64,000 nucleotides of DNA. Source: Macrostomum hystrix (Eukaryota > Animalia > Platyhelminthes). The notes beneath the pieces are model-generated. The model saw nothing but the letters and a program-made list of their open reading frames with translations. It was not told where the DNA came from and ran no database searches. Where the stretch lies: positions 1,674,001 through 1,738,000 of the forward strand of contig CATNEN010000002.1 of NCBI GenBank assembly GCA_950097015.1, written 5' to 3'. A program made the position numbers and the translations under genes. The stretch's first letter is position 1, and each line of letters begins with the position of its first letter. Positions 44,563 through 58,112 of this stretch are shown here, piece by piece.

Positions 44563-47500
44563 ATGTTCGAAATCGATCTCAGGTGAGCTGACAGAAATTG
44601 TACTTGAAATATAATTCCTTCATACCTGTATCCTGAGTCTCACCTGTTCAATCCTACAATATTGATATGAGTCTCACCTGTTCATCCTACAATATTGATA
44701 TGAGTCACACCTGTTCAATCCTACAATATTGATATGAGTCTCACCTGTTCATCCTACAATATTGATATGAGTCACACCTGTTCAATCCTACAATATTGAT
44801 ATGAGTCTCACCTGTTCAATCCTACAATATTGATGTGAGTCTCACCTGTTCAATCCTACAATATTAATATGAGTCTCACCTGTTCAATCCTACAATATTG
44901 ATATGAGTCTCACCTGTTCAATCCTACAATATTGATATGAGTCTCACCTGTTCAATCCTACAATATTGATGTGAGTCTCACCTGTTCAATCCTACAATAT
45001 TGATGTGAGTCTCACCTGTTCAATCCTACAATATTGATATGAGTCTCACCTGTTCATCCTACAATATTGATATGAGTCTCACCTGTTCAATCCTACAATA
45101 TTGATATGAGTCTCACCTGTTCAATCCTACAATATTGATATGAGTCTCACCTGTTCAATCCTACAATATTGATATGAGTCCCACCTGTTCAATCCTACAA
45201 TATTGATGAGTCTCACCTGTTCAATCCTACAATATTGATATGAGTCTCACCTGTTCATCCTACAATATTGATATGAGTCTCACCTGTTCAATCCTACAAT
45301 ATTGATATGAGTCTCACCTGCTCAATCCTACAATATTGATATGAGTCTCACCTGCTCAATCCTACAATATTGATATGAGTCTCACCTGTTCAATCCTACA
45401 ATATTAATATGAGTCTCACCTGTTCAATCCTACAATATTGATATGAGTCCCACCTGTTCAATCCTACAATATTGATATGAGTCTCACCTGTTCAATCCTA
45501 CAATATTGATATGAGTCTCACTTGTTCAATCCTACAATATTGATATGAGTCTCACCTGTTCATCCTACAATATTGATATGAGTCTCACCTGTTCAATCCT
45601 ACAATATTGATATGAGTCTCACCTGTTCAATCCTACAATATTGATATGAGTCTCACCTGCTCAATCCTACAATATTGATATGAGTCTCACCTGTTCATCC
45701 TACAATATTGATATGAGTCACACCTCTTCAATCCTACAATATTGATATGAGTCTCACCTGTTCATCCTACAATATTGATATGAGTCTCACCTGTTCAATC
45801 CTACAATATTGATATGCGTCTCACCTGTTCATCCTACAATATTGATATGAGTCTCACCTGTTCAATCCTACAATATTGATATGAGTCTCACCTGTTCAAT
45901 CCTACAATATTGATATGAGTCTCACCTGTTCAATCCTACAATATTGATGTGAGTCTCACCTGCTCAATCCTACAATATTGATATGAGTCTCACCTGTTCA
46001 ATCCTACAATATTGATATGAGTCTCACCAGTTCATCCTACAATATTGATATGAGTCTCACCTGTTCATCCTACAATATTGATGTGAGTCTCACCTTTTCA
46101 ATCCTACAATATTGATATGAGTCTCACCTGTTCAATCCTACAATATTGATATGAGTCTCACCTGTTCATCCTACAATATTGATGTGAGTCTCACCTTTTC
46201 AATCCTACAATATTGATATGAGTCTCACCTGTTCAATCCTACAATATTGATATGAGTCTCACCTGTTCAATCCTACAATATTGATATGAGTCTCACCAGT
46301 TCATCCTACAATATTGATATGAGTCTCACCTGTTCAATCCTACAATATTGATATGAGTCTCACCTGTTCAATCCTACAATATTGATATGAGTCTCACTTG
46401 TTCAATCCTACAATATTGATATGAGTCTCACCTGTTCAATCCTACAATATTGATATGAGTCTCACCTCTTCATCCTACAATATTGATATGAGTCTCACCT
46501 GTTCAATCCTACAATATTGATATGAGTCCCACCTGTTCAATCCTACAATATTGATATGAGTCTCACCTGTTCAATCCTACAATATTGATATGAGTCTCAC
46601 CTGTTCAATCCTACAATATTGATATGAGTCTCACCTGTTCAATCCTACAATATTGATATGAGTCTCACCTGTTCAATCCTACAATATTGATATGAGTCTC
46701 ACCTGTTCAATCCTACAATATTGATATGAGTCTCACCAGTTCATCCTACAATATTGATATGAGTCTCACCTGTTCAATCCTACAATATTGATATGAGTCT
46801 CACCTGTTCAATCCTACAATATTGATATGAGTCTCACTTGTTCAATCCTACAATATTGATATGAGTCTCACCTGTTCAATCCTACAATATTGATATGAGT
46901 CTCACCTCTTCATCCTACAATATTGATATGAGTCTCACCTGTTCAATCCTACAATATTGATATGAGTCCCACCTGTTCAATCCTACAATATTGATATGAG
47001 TCTCACCTGTTCAATCCTACAATATTGATATGAGTCTCACCTGTTCAATCCTACAATATTGATATGAGTCTCACCTGTTCAATCCTACAATATTGATATG
47101 AGTCTCACCTGTTCAATCCTACAATATTGATATGAGTCTCACCTGTTCAATCCTACAATATTGATATGAGTCTCACCTGTTCAATCCTAAAATATTGATA
47201 TGAGTCTCACTTGTTCAATCCTACAATATTGATATGAGTCTCACCTGTTCATCCTACAATATTGATATGAGTCTCACCTGTTCAATCCTACAATATTGAT
47301 ATGAGTCTCACCTGTTCATCCTACAATATTGATATGAGTCTCACCTGTTCAATCCTACAATATTGATATGCGTCTCACCTGTTCATCCTACAATATTGAT
47401 ATGAGTCTCACCTGTTCAATCCTACAATATTGATATGAGTCTCACCTGTTCAATCCTACAATATTGATATGAGTCTCACCTGTTCAATCCTACAATATTG

Positions 47501-48222
47501 ATATGAGTCTCACCTGTTCAATCCAACTATACGAGCGTGTTCTACAATACTATAATAGCTAAGATATATTTGAGATTAACCTGTGTATTATTAATTGTAA
47601 CGAATTCAGCATTAGACTGCTGCTGGTGCTGGTGCTGCTGCTGACAGCACCTGTCCTTTATTCGTCCTCCGTTGCGAATTCGTCAATGCATCAGCTGACT
47701 CCAGCGTTGTGCCAGCAGAGCAGCGACTATTTCGTCACCAACGGCTGCGACAAAGCCATAGACAGCAATACTCAGCAGGACTGGTCTGGCGGAAGCTGCA
47801 CAGCCACCAGCTCGAGTGACCCGGCAGGCTGGTGGTTGGCTCGGTTTACTAGGACAGTTCGAGTTGAGTTCGTGACCTTGTGGAATCGCATCGACTGTTG
47901 TCCTGATAGGTTGGCCAATTTTCAGTTGCTGATGGACAATGCTCAGTGCGCCAGTTACAGCACAGCAACGCCCGAGTCAATCTTCAATGTTTTTTGCGGC
48001 ATGGATGGCAGCGAATTGAAAGTCCAGACGAGGACTGGGACAGTTTTAACTATCTGCGAGATTAAATTCTTTGGTCAGGTGTTGGGTAAGCATTCGGATT
48101 GGCGCTGATTTAGTTGAATTCATAATGGAAATCGAATTAAGCAGCAAACAGGTAAAGTAAAAACTGGTGAGATTCTGTTCTCTTTTATTCAGTCACGAAC
48201 AATCCATTCGTTATGACTTAAT
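44563..48222 (+). CDS. Secreted single-domain F-type lectin (fucolectin/FTP domain): join(44563..44582,47610..48085,48193..48222); last exon tentative
   Basis: The phase-2 join gives the signal peptide MFEIDLSIRLLLVLVLLLTAP. Domain motifs QQSS, KAIDSN, SCTAT, WW, NRIDCCPDRL and LTICEIKF are present. An unspliced alternative would stop at 48108. Confidence 0.85.
44630..47522. repeat. 34-bp minisatellite (gagtctcacctgttcaatcctacaatattgatat) filling lectin intron 1
   Basis: Highly homogeneous array of about 2.9 kb. Confidence 0.97.
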
Positions 48223-48374
48223 TAGAAATTTTAACAGTAAAATTGAAGGATTTTTTAATTTGATTTCTTGCTTGCACGTTATACAAATACCAGTGACATA
48301 CCTTGAGTAACATGCTCTGATGGCTGTAATGTAGTGGGTAATGCTCTAATTTAACACAATTCAATTACAGACAC

Positions 48375-49252
48375 TTCAGTGACAGAACACTTCAGTGACA
48401 ACCACTTCAGTGACAGACACTCCAGTGACAGACACTTCAGTGACAGAATACTTCAGTGACAGAATACTTCAGTGACAGAATACTTCAGTGACAGAATACT
48501 TCAGTGACAGAACACTTCAGTGACAGAACACTTCAGTGACAGAATACTTCAGTGTCAGAATACTTCAGTAACAGAATACTTCAGTAACAGACATTTCAGT
48601 AAGAGAATACTTCAGTGACAGAACACTTCAGTGACAGAATACTTCAGTAACAGAATACTTCAGTAACAGACATTTCAGTAAGAGAATACTTCAGTGACAG
48701 AATACTTCAGTGACAGAATACTTCAGTGACAGAACACTTCAGTGACAGAACACTTCAGTGACAGAATACTTCAGTGTCAGAATACTTCAGTAACAGAATA
48801 CTTCAGTAACAGACATTTCAGTAAGAGAATACTTCAGTGACAGAACACTTCAGTGACAGAATACTTCAGTAACAGAATACTTCAGTAACAGACATTTCAG
48901 TAAGAGAATACTTCAGTGACAGAATACTTCAGTGACAGAATACTTCAGTGACAGAACACTTCAGTGACAGAACACTTCAGTGACAGAATACTTCAGTGTC
49001 AGAATACTTCAGTAACAGAATACTTCAGTAACAGACATTTCAGTAAGAGAATACTTCAGTGACAGAACACTTCAGTGACAGAATACTTCAGTAACAGAAT
49101 ACTTCAGTAACAGACATTTCAGTAAGAGAATACTTCAGTGACAGAATACTTCAGTGACAGAATACTTCAGTGACAGAACACTTCAGTGACAGAACACTTC
49201 AGTGACAGAACACTTCAGTGACAGAATACTTCAGTGTCAGAATACTTCAGTA
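48375..49252. repeat. 16-bp minisatellite (cttcagtgacagaata) with higher-order blocks
   Basis: Directly visible. Confidence 0.95.
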
Positions 49253-49654
49253 AATTTGTAAATAAGGCCACTAAAAAATAAAGTTGTTGTTGTTACTCTT
49301 GCTAGCTGTTGAAAAGAGTTATGTGAAAAAGTCCAAAGACTTTTTGGACATCCCTCGTATGTACGGTTGTACGAGTACATAAACAGTCGTTTTTTTCTAA
49401 CGAAAAAAGCATTGCAGCCAACATATGGACATAGTTTTCATTGAGTGGAGCAGCTCCAGGACTGTTTTATTTCTTCATTCAAGCAAAATAGGCTATGAAT
49501 TTTTAAACAGTTGTTTCTACAACTGCCGTTGCCTGGTGCATCCGCAGTGGGTTGTGGCATATTTTTAGCAATTAAAGCTACTCATTCTCACCCTCTCAAA
49601 CTGCCATCCTATGAGTGGCTATTGGTGCACGTTTATCTCATGCTCACATACGAG

Positions 49655-51232
49655 TATCAGACAATCCTGACCAACTCATTCAGACAATCCTGACCCAACT
49701 CAATCAGACAATCCTGACCAACTCAATCAGACAATCCTGACCCAACTCAATCAGACAATCCTGACCCAACTCAATCAGACAATCCTGACCAACTCAATCA
49801 GACAATCCTGACCCAACTCAATCAGACAATCCTGACCAACTCATTCAGATAATCCTGACCCAACTCAATCAGACAATCCTGACCAACTCATTCAGACAAT
49901 CCTGACCCAACTCAATCAGACAATCCTGACCCAACTCAATCAGACAATCCTGACCAATTCAATCAGACAATCCTGACCCAACTCAATCAGACAATCCTGA
50001 CCCAACTCAATCAGACAATCCTGACCAACTCATTCAGACAATCCTGACCCAACTCAATCAGACAATCCTGACCCAACTCAATCAGACAATCCTGACCAAT
50101 TCAATCAGACAATCCTGACCCAACTCAATCAGACAATCCTGACCCAACTCAATCAGACAATCCTGACCAACTCATTCAGACAATCCTGACCCAACTCAAT
50201 CAGACAATCCTGACCCAACTCAATCAGACAATCCTGACCCAACTCAATCAGACAATCCTGACCAACTCATTCAGACAATCCTGACCCAACTCAATCAGAC
50301 AATCCTGACCCAACTCAATCAGACAATCCTGACCAATTCAATCAGACAATCCTGACCCAACTCAATCAGACAATCCTGACCAACTCAATCAGACAATCCT
50401 GACCCAACTCAATCAGACAATCCTGACCAACTCAATCAGACAATCCTGACCAACTCAATCAGACAATCCTGACCCAACTCAATCAGACAATCAATACTGA
50501 CCCAAATCAATACTGACCCAAATCAATACTGACCCAAATCAATACTGACCCAAATCAATACTGACCCAAATCAATACTGACCCAAATCAATACTGACCCA
50601 AATCAATACTGACCCAAATCAATACTGACCCAAATCAATACTGACCCAAATCAACACTGACCCAAATCAACACTGACCCAAATCAACACTGACCCAAATA
50701 AATACTGACCCAAATCAATACTAATCCAAATCAATACTGACCCAAATCAATACTGACCCAAATCAATACTGACCCAAATCAACACTGACCCAAATCAACA
50801 CTGACCCAAATAAATACTGACCCAAATCAATACTAATCCAAATCAATACCGACCCAAATCAATACTAATCCAAATCAATACTGACCCAAATCAATACTGA
50901 CCCAAATCAATACTAATCCAAATCAATACTGACCCAAATCAATACTGACCCAAATCAACACTGACCCAAATCAATACTGACCCAAATCAACACTGACCCA
51001 AATCAATCCTAATCCAAATGAATCCTAATCCCAAATCAATCCTAATCCCAAATCAATCCTAATCCCAAATCAATACTGACCCAAATCAACACTGACCCAA
51101 ATCAACACTGACCCAAATCAATCCTAATCCAAATGAATCCTAATCCCAAATGAATCCTAATCCCAAATGAATCCTAATCCCAAATCAATCCTAATCCCAA
51201 ATCAATCCTAATCCCAAATGAATCCTAATCCC
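49655..51232. repeat. Compound satellite: 23/24-bp, then 16-bp, then 17-bp related units
   Basis: tgacccaactcaatcagacaatcc, then actgacccaaatcaat, then cctaatcccaaatcaat. Confidence 0.93.
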
Positions 51233-53768
51233 TAATCTATCGTGGCCCTTAATTAATCCTGACCTAAGCAGCAGAAACGAAAGAAATACTTTGCTTTGTC
51301 GCCAACCAATGTATGATTTGTTCTTCCTTTTGCCACTCAAAGGAAGTTTATTGTCTGAAGTACTTGTAAGAACTTGTAATATTCTCCTGGGACAAGATGG
51401 AAAATTTCTATGCAAATATAACAATAGGCAGTTTCAGGTGATAGAATTGCATAATTAAATTTTCCGTACTTTATGCTCTTGTAGAGAGACTTCAAGTGCT
51501 TATTTTAACGATGAGTTATGAAGTTCAAGACAGTCAAGAATTGTCAAGACTTCTTGTTGTTTCTGTACCATGAAACCTGTTGCTTCTAGTTTATTTTCTA
51601 GTAAATCTCTATAAAAAATTGTAATGAAAATGAACTAGGTTTTGTATTAATTAGTCAAACACTGCAGTATCCGCATTATCCCAGCCTTCGGGGGGGGAAT
51701 AGCGCTGCTTTTCAACTGTTAGATGTTGTTAAACTTGTTGCTGTTACACTTCATGAGACAGGACAGATCATGGCTTTCAATCAAGACAAAAGATGAGTTT
51801 GTCCTTAAACTTATCAAACAGCCATTGTACGAGTAGCATAGCAAAGCAATTTGTTTGCCATTATTTGACTGAAAGAATTTGAATAGATGCAAACCTACGA
51901 GTACGAGCTATTTCATGGCTCTTGATTTACCACTGCTCGTGTGAAAATAAAAAGAACAAGACAAAGCAATAAAGGTAAAAGACGACGATTAGAACCTTCT
52001 TTTTTATTTTCAAATATAAAATTCTTAAAGGGAACGATGGGAATGGTTGCTGCATACCTGTTGAATTAGTTGAGCACAAATGAGATGTGGCCAATGACAG
52101 TGAAGGCCAATGACAGTGAAGTGACAATGACAATGACAATGACATTGAAATGTGTCAGCAACAATGGCTGAATTACAGTGGGCCAAACAGTGCGCGAAAT
52201 CAACTAGCAATTCTATCAAGAATGCAAATGGAGTACGATAAATTGTACGTAAGTCGATACAAAATTGGTGTGTTTGTCTGAGTTTTACTACTTTCGAGCT
52301 ATTCTACTTTTAGTAGGCTGTAATGCTTGTAATAATTTCCAGTCTGGCATCTGCTTTGGCCAGGCAAGAACCGTCACCGCGACCTACAGTGACCTGACTG
52401 AATTCCTAAATAAAAGTACTTACCCAACCAACTCACCGTCGAAGCCTAGTCAAAGCGATCCTCCTCTGCGCAACTCCTTGTCTGGTTGTTCTTGAATGAA
52501 TTCAACGATGCAACAGACTGGCTTCGAACTGGACACTTCGCATCCGGCTCCTCATTTTACATTCGATGACGTGACGAAGACGTCTTCAATTCAGGCTCTG
52601 CGTTAGTCGCCAGCTCGTCGTCATCCTGCCCAACTATTGTGCCGTTGTTAGCCTCTTCGCTCTTCGTGATCTTCTGGCACATTGTGCTGATTATTGAAGC
52701 CTGGCAGTCGACTGGTTTACTTGCTCGTTGGTGATACGGTTCGCACACACATCACACAAAGTTCCGATTTCTTCTAGGAAACCACAAACGGGCCTGTGAG
52801 ACATTGCGCACTGTAAGACCGAAAATCACTTATCAAAACAGAACATGTCCAAAATGTAGAGTCGACGTAGAGAGCGAAATTCATTTTCTCTTTAGAAGAA
52901 TAGAAACTGTTCAGGCACTGTTCGAAATTTCGAAAGCCTAACAGCTGAATGACAAAATAGTGTATTTAATGACACGGGAAAGCACAGAAGGTTTTGTGGA
53001 CTTCATAGAAAGCATACTTAAAGCTAGATAAAAAAGCCACTGCCCATAGACATTCACAATGATATAAAAGCACACAAATTTCTTGACTCCAGGAGCAGTT
53101 GATCAAACAGACCGATTTGCTACAATTTTCGACTTCCGCCCACACTCCCCGCACAATTGCACTGGACTGGGTTTGAAGAAGACTGTACAATAAGTCCACT
53201 AGACATAATTGGTCTTTCCCAATCCAACCAATTATCGATCTGCAAAGTGGAGCATTCCAAAAACGGGAAAATATATCCTCACATTGAAAATGTACTTCGG
53301 TGATCATTGACAAATGGTTAGATCGATACTTTTTCGATAGTCATTATACTATAATGATTCCACAGGATTGTATGTGACAATATGCTCACAGAGTTTACTC
53401 GACAGTGTACATAATTTTCCAGGAATTGAGAGCGGAGGAGGGAAGACACAAAACATTGACACAATTGCACACAAACAGAGAGACGACTCGGCGTATATAG
53501 TTATTGTAGCCTCTCTACTATACTCAGCCAGCTCAAACTAGCGGTGCGCATTATTCAACTGAAAAATTTGCTGCTCTGTAAAAGAAAAGAGAGCTAGAAC
53601 GACAGAGGCAGAGAAGCGCGAAGAAGAGTGGCTCATTGGGGGGTGGAGTGAATATAAAGCGAATTCCGCTCGACTCGCTCAAGGCTACACACAGAGTAGA
53701 ATATGGTTACAGTCACAGCAGCCAGAGTCACATGCTGGTTATTGTAAACACTCTAACAGTCAGCTTCA

Positions 53769-55804
53769 ATGTCGTCGACAATGGACAAACAAAATCAACA
53801 GCAGCAGCAACAGCAGCAGGAAGATGTTCAACAACCCGAGATGGAGCTGGAATCCAAGTTAGACCCGAAGGATAAAGTCCAGGCTAGCCAGTGCACTGCT
53901 TGGAATGCACTGGTCTGCGCCGCCACCGCTCTGCTTATCCTGGTGGAAGCTTCAGTGCCGCACAGTTTCGGAACCTACTTGGTGGCCATCCGAGAGGAGA
54001 CCAACTCGAGCATGCTGCTACTCAACTGGGTCACCGTGGCGACATCTTCGATGCCCTACATCATGCTGCCCTGCGCCACTGCGCTGCTGTCGCACTGCGT
54101 CAGTTGGTGGAGGCTGGTGGCAGCGCTGTCCTGCCTAGGCATGGGCGCCTCATTGCTGATCACGGCTGCCCAGAGCCTGGTGCCTCTGTTCTTTCTCACC
54201 TACTCGCTAATCTATGGCGTTTGCTCTTGTGCTCTTCACGGCGTGGTTCTGAGCTCACTAGCCGTATACTTCCCTGTAGGACATCCGTGGCACGTGTTGG
54301 CCACGTCGATATTCCAGGTATGGAAAGTTGTCATATAGGAGCTAGAAAATTATTCTTCTTAATTTGAGCTCAGTATTTGAATCTGAGCTCGTGTATTTCA
54401 GCTTAATAATCATAGTTGCAGGAGGGCTTCGAGCAAAGGTAAGTCATTTGGTGCAATTCTGCCCAATTCGCTGACTCCTGAGCACACACGCACACAGATA
54501 CTGTACGCAGGCATACGCTCACACAGGTGTGTACATCTGCCCTGACTTTCTCATCGTCAGGCAGTGTACATTTTACTATGCCTTGGAGGTTGGCCTCAAG
54601 GGCGTAAATTACACGACAAGCCCCCAAGCCTTCTCTCCGCGACTGCGCCCCAAATGAATGCGGCCTCGCTGCGGAATCGAGCTCAGGGACCTTGGTGCGA
54701 AAGGCAAATGCGTTAACCGCTCTGCCACTCACCCCTTCTTACAGCTTACCAAGCTATAAAATTGTTATCACACAATTACATGGGATATTTGCTGCGGCCT
54801 CCCACTCCCACTCCACTGCGAAGCCGCAGTCGTTGTCGAGCTATCAATACAATTGCTACTGTAATCCCGGTTCATGAAAATCCCATCAAGATCCCATTCA
54901 AAATCTAATGAAATCGCAACAATCTGCATCTGCCCCCCCATCAACCCAGATTGGCTACCCCTGCGCTGCCGTGATCTTCAATCCGACAGCCGCGGCGCTG
55001 ATTCATCGTTTCGGTTGGCGCGGCTCGATGCGTATCATGGCCGCCATCGTTGGCATCGTCGGCGCCTTCCTCGCCTGCCTGTTGAAGCCGCAGTCTGCGG
55101 CTGGCCTTCTGGACTTCTCAGGATGTCGACAATCGTCAGCGGCGGTGTCGGACCCGGCGCCAGTGACAGCGTTGTCGTTTTGGCGCTGCTGCACACTGGG
55201 TCAGCTGATGCGTCGGCCCCAGATTAGCATCTGGTTCGTTGGCAAGCTGCTGAACTATGCCTGCTGGTTCGCATTGCGCACCAACCTTGTGCTCTACATG
55301 CGCCTTGCCGGCTACTCCCTGGCCGACTCGGCGGGACTCATGATCGCCTACGGCCTTGGCGAGATTGTCGTCTGCCTGGTGGCGTGCTTGCTGGGAGACC
55401 GACTGTCCGGTAGGCTGCTCCACATTCACCTGCTGGCTGCCGGCGGAATGTCCTTGCTGACTGGCGTCTGGTGGTTCGCCGCCAGCGCCTCCTACGCCTC
55501 GGCGCTGACTGTCGGCTGCTTTATTGGAGTCTTCGTGCAGCTCAGCCTGACATTCACCTACCCGGCTGCGGCTGAGGTCACGCAGCTCGATCTCGTCACC
55601 GCCGGCTCCGTGACGCTGGCAGCCGGAGGTTTTGGCATCCTGGTGTCACCTCTGATTGGCGGCCTGCTGTTTGACCTAGTGCACACCTACTGGCCTCTGT
55701 TTCTAGCCGAGAGCCTCCTGTGGCTGCTGCAGACACTTCTGTACTTGGCCATCCTGCTACTCACTCTGTGCTGCTTTTCGAAGGCCTACGAAGAGCTGGA
55801 CTGA
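53769..55804 (+). CDS. MFS transporter, SLC16/monocarboxylate-transporter-like, about 467 aa: join(53769..54317,54950..55804)
   Basis: Multiple hydrophobic helices; [30 protein letters not shown] and [10 protein letters not shown] resemble SLC16 motifs. Phase-0 intron (cag|gtatgg ... acccag|att). N-terminal polyQ. Confidence 0.85.
54405..54735 (-). mobile_element. Same SINE family, in the MFS gene intron
   Basis: Reverse complement of the 17210 copy, including the A-box (ccgctctgccac) and the tail. Confidence 0.88.
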
Positions 55805-55834
55805 GCGGCTTCTGGGGCAATGAGCCACAATCCC

Positions 55835-56755
55835 TTCCCAGACAATGAGTCCTTTGATCCCATCCAATGAATCCTTTGATCCCATCCAATGAATCCTTTG
55901 ATCCCATGCCAATGAATCCTTTGATCCCAAACCAATGAATCCTTTGATCCCAAACCAATGAATCCTTTGATCCCAAACTAATTAGTTCCTTGATCCCATG
56001 CCAATGAGTCCTTTGATCCCATCCAATGAATCCTTTGATCCCATGCCAATGAATCCTTTGATCCCAAACCAATGAATCCTTTGATCCCAAACCAATGAAT
56101 CATTTGATCCCAACTAATTAGTTCCTTGATCCCATGCCAATGAATCCTTTGATCCCATGCCAATGAATCCTTTGATCCCAACCTAATGAGTCCCTTGATC
56201 CCATGCCAATGAGTCCTTTGATCCCATCCAATGAATCCTTTGATCCCATGCCAATGAATCCTTTGATCCCAAACCAATGAATCATTTGATCCCAACTAAT
56301 TAGTTCCTTGATCCCATGCCAATGAGTCCTTTGATCCCAAACCAATGAATCCTTTGATCCCATGCCAATGAGTCCCTTGATCCCATGCCAATGAGTCCCT
56401 TGATCCCATGCCAATGAGTCCCTTGATCCCATGCCAATGAGTCCCTTGATCCCATGCCAATGAGTCCCTTGATCCCAAACCAATGAATCCTTTGATCCCA
56501 TGCCAATGAATCCTTTGATCCCATGCCAATGAATCCTTTGATCCCAACCTAATGAGTCCCTTGATCCCATGCCAATGAATCCCTTGATCCCAACTAATTA
56601 GTCCCTTGATCCCATGCCAATGAGTCCCTTGATCCCAACTAATTAGTCCCTTGATCCCATGCCAATAATTCCTTTGATCCCATGCCAATGAGTCCTTTGA
56701 TCCCAAACCAATGAATCCTTTGATCCCATGCAAATGAATCCCTTGATCCCACGCC
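55835..56755. repeat. 22/23-bp minisatellite (cctttgatcccatgccaatgaat)
   Basis: Begins about 30 bp after the MFS stop codon. Confidence 0.95.
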
Positions 56756-57594
56756 ACATGGAATAAGTACATTCGCTTTGTTTCTAATCCTTAAATTAGT
56801 TTATCCCAGTGTAATATGTGATCCTCTGATAACAGTATATATTATGGCAATCTATTTATAATGCCTCATTTTTCAGTTAGTATTCCTCCAAGTATAGATA
56901 CTATTAGACTACTCATTTTATTGGATTGATAAGGTAACTTACATACATGCAATCAGTCTAGTCTATCTTGTCGCCCTGTACACAATACTTAACTGTTCAT
57001 GTACATGTGCACGCTACATAATACTAGCTGAAAAGTCATTAATTATTTTAGTCGGTAACTTAAATTACTTAATTCAGTCCTGTTAACACAATCCTTCCTG
57101 CAGGACAAAAACTGATACATTTTCAGTTGCTTTTGGTCTACAAGAAATGCGTTCAAAATTCTTTACTTTTTCTAATACTCATATATTTCCAAAATACAGC
57201 AGTACGCAAGCTTATAAATATTTAAATGTTCGCAAGCTGAAATTTCATTTTAACCGGAAATATATTCTCATAAATTTTTGCACATTAAAAGTGATTTGAA
57301 AAAAAACTGTTTTAATTCGTTACAAAAGATTATTTCATGTCGTCCCAAATTTTTGCTACATCATCATAAACAGGCCGCCTCTTTTGTTACTAGTTCGAAA
57401 ATTTACTAAGAAATATGAGCTATGGAAAATTCAGCGTTTACGACGTTACCGTTACGATAAAAAAATCGCATTATTGTATATTTACACTATTTACAATAGT
57501 TATGACACTTCATTAGCAAAGAATTGATAAAGCTATGATACATTTTAAGATTTAAGAAATGGAGATTTTAGGGATTCATTGTAGGTGGCTAAAA

Positions 57595-58035
57595 AGCATG
57601 ATCTTCAAGGCTGCCCCACCACCCCATGATCTGCGAGGCTGCCCCACCACCCCATGATCTGCGAGGCTGCCCCACCACCCCATGATCTGCGAGGCTGCCA
57701 CACCACCCCATGATCTGCGAGGCTGCCCCACCACCCCATGATCTGCGAGGCTGCCCCACCACCCCATGATCTGCGAGGCTGCCCCACCACCCCATGATCT
57801 GCGAGGCTGCCCCACCACCCCATGATCTTCAAGGCTGCCCCAACACCCCATGATCTGCGAGGCTGCCCCACCACCCCATGATCTTCAAGACTGCCCCACC
57901 ACCCCATGATCTGCGAGGCTGCCCCACCACCCCATGATCTTCAAAGCTGCCCCACCACCCCATGATCTGCGAGGCTGCCCCACCACCCCATGATCTGCGA
58001 GGCTGCCCCACCACCCCATGCGAGGCTGCCCCATC
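57595..58035. repeat. 28-bp G/C-skewed minisatellite (gaggctgccccaccaccccatgatctgc)
   Basis: Directly visible. Confidence 0.95.
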
Positions 58036-58112
58036 ACATCTGCTAGGCTGAAGTCAAGATGATATTGAGAGTTAAGATAAGAGTTCGTCTCCTTCAGAAA
58101 GCTCAGTTTGGG

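Noticed and set aside
44630-47522. CRISPR-like appearance of the 34-bp array (and the 37-bp array at 61067)
   Set aside because: Units are directly adjacent with no unique spacers, there are no cas genes, and the context is eukaryotic.
52557-53313. Minus-strand ORFs of 63 and 115 aa
   Set aside because: No recognisable family or convincing splice structure; possibly a decayed gene or TE, but unsupported.
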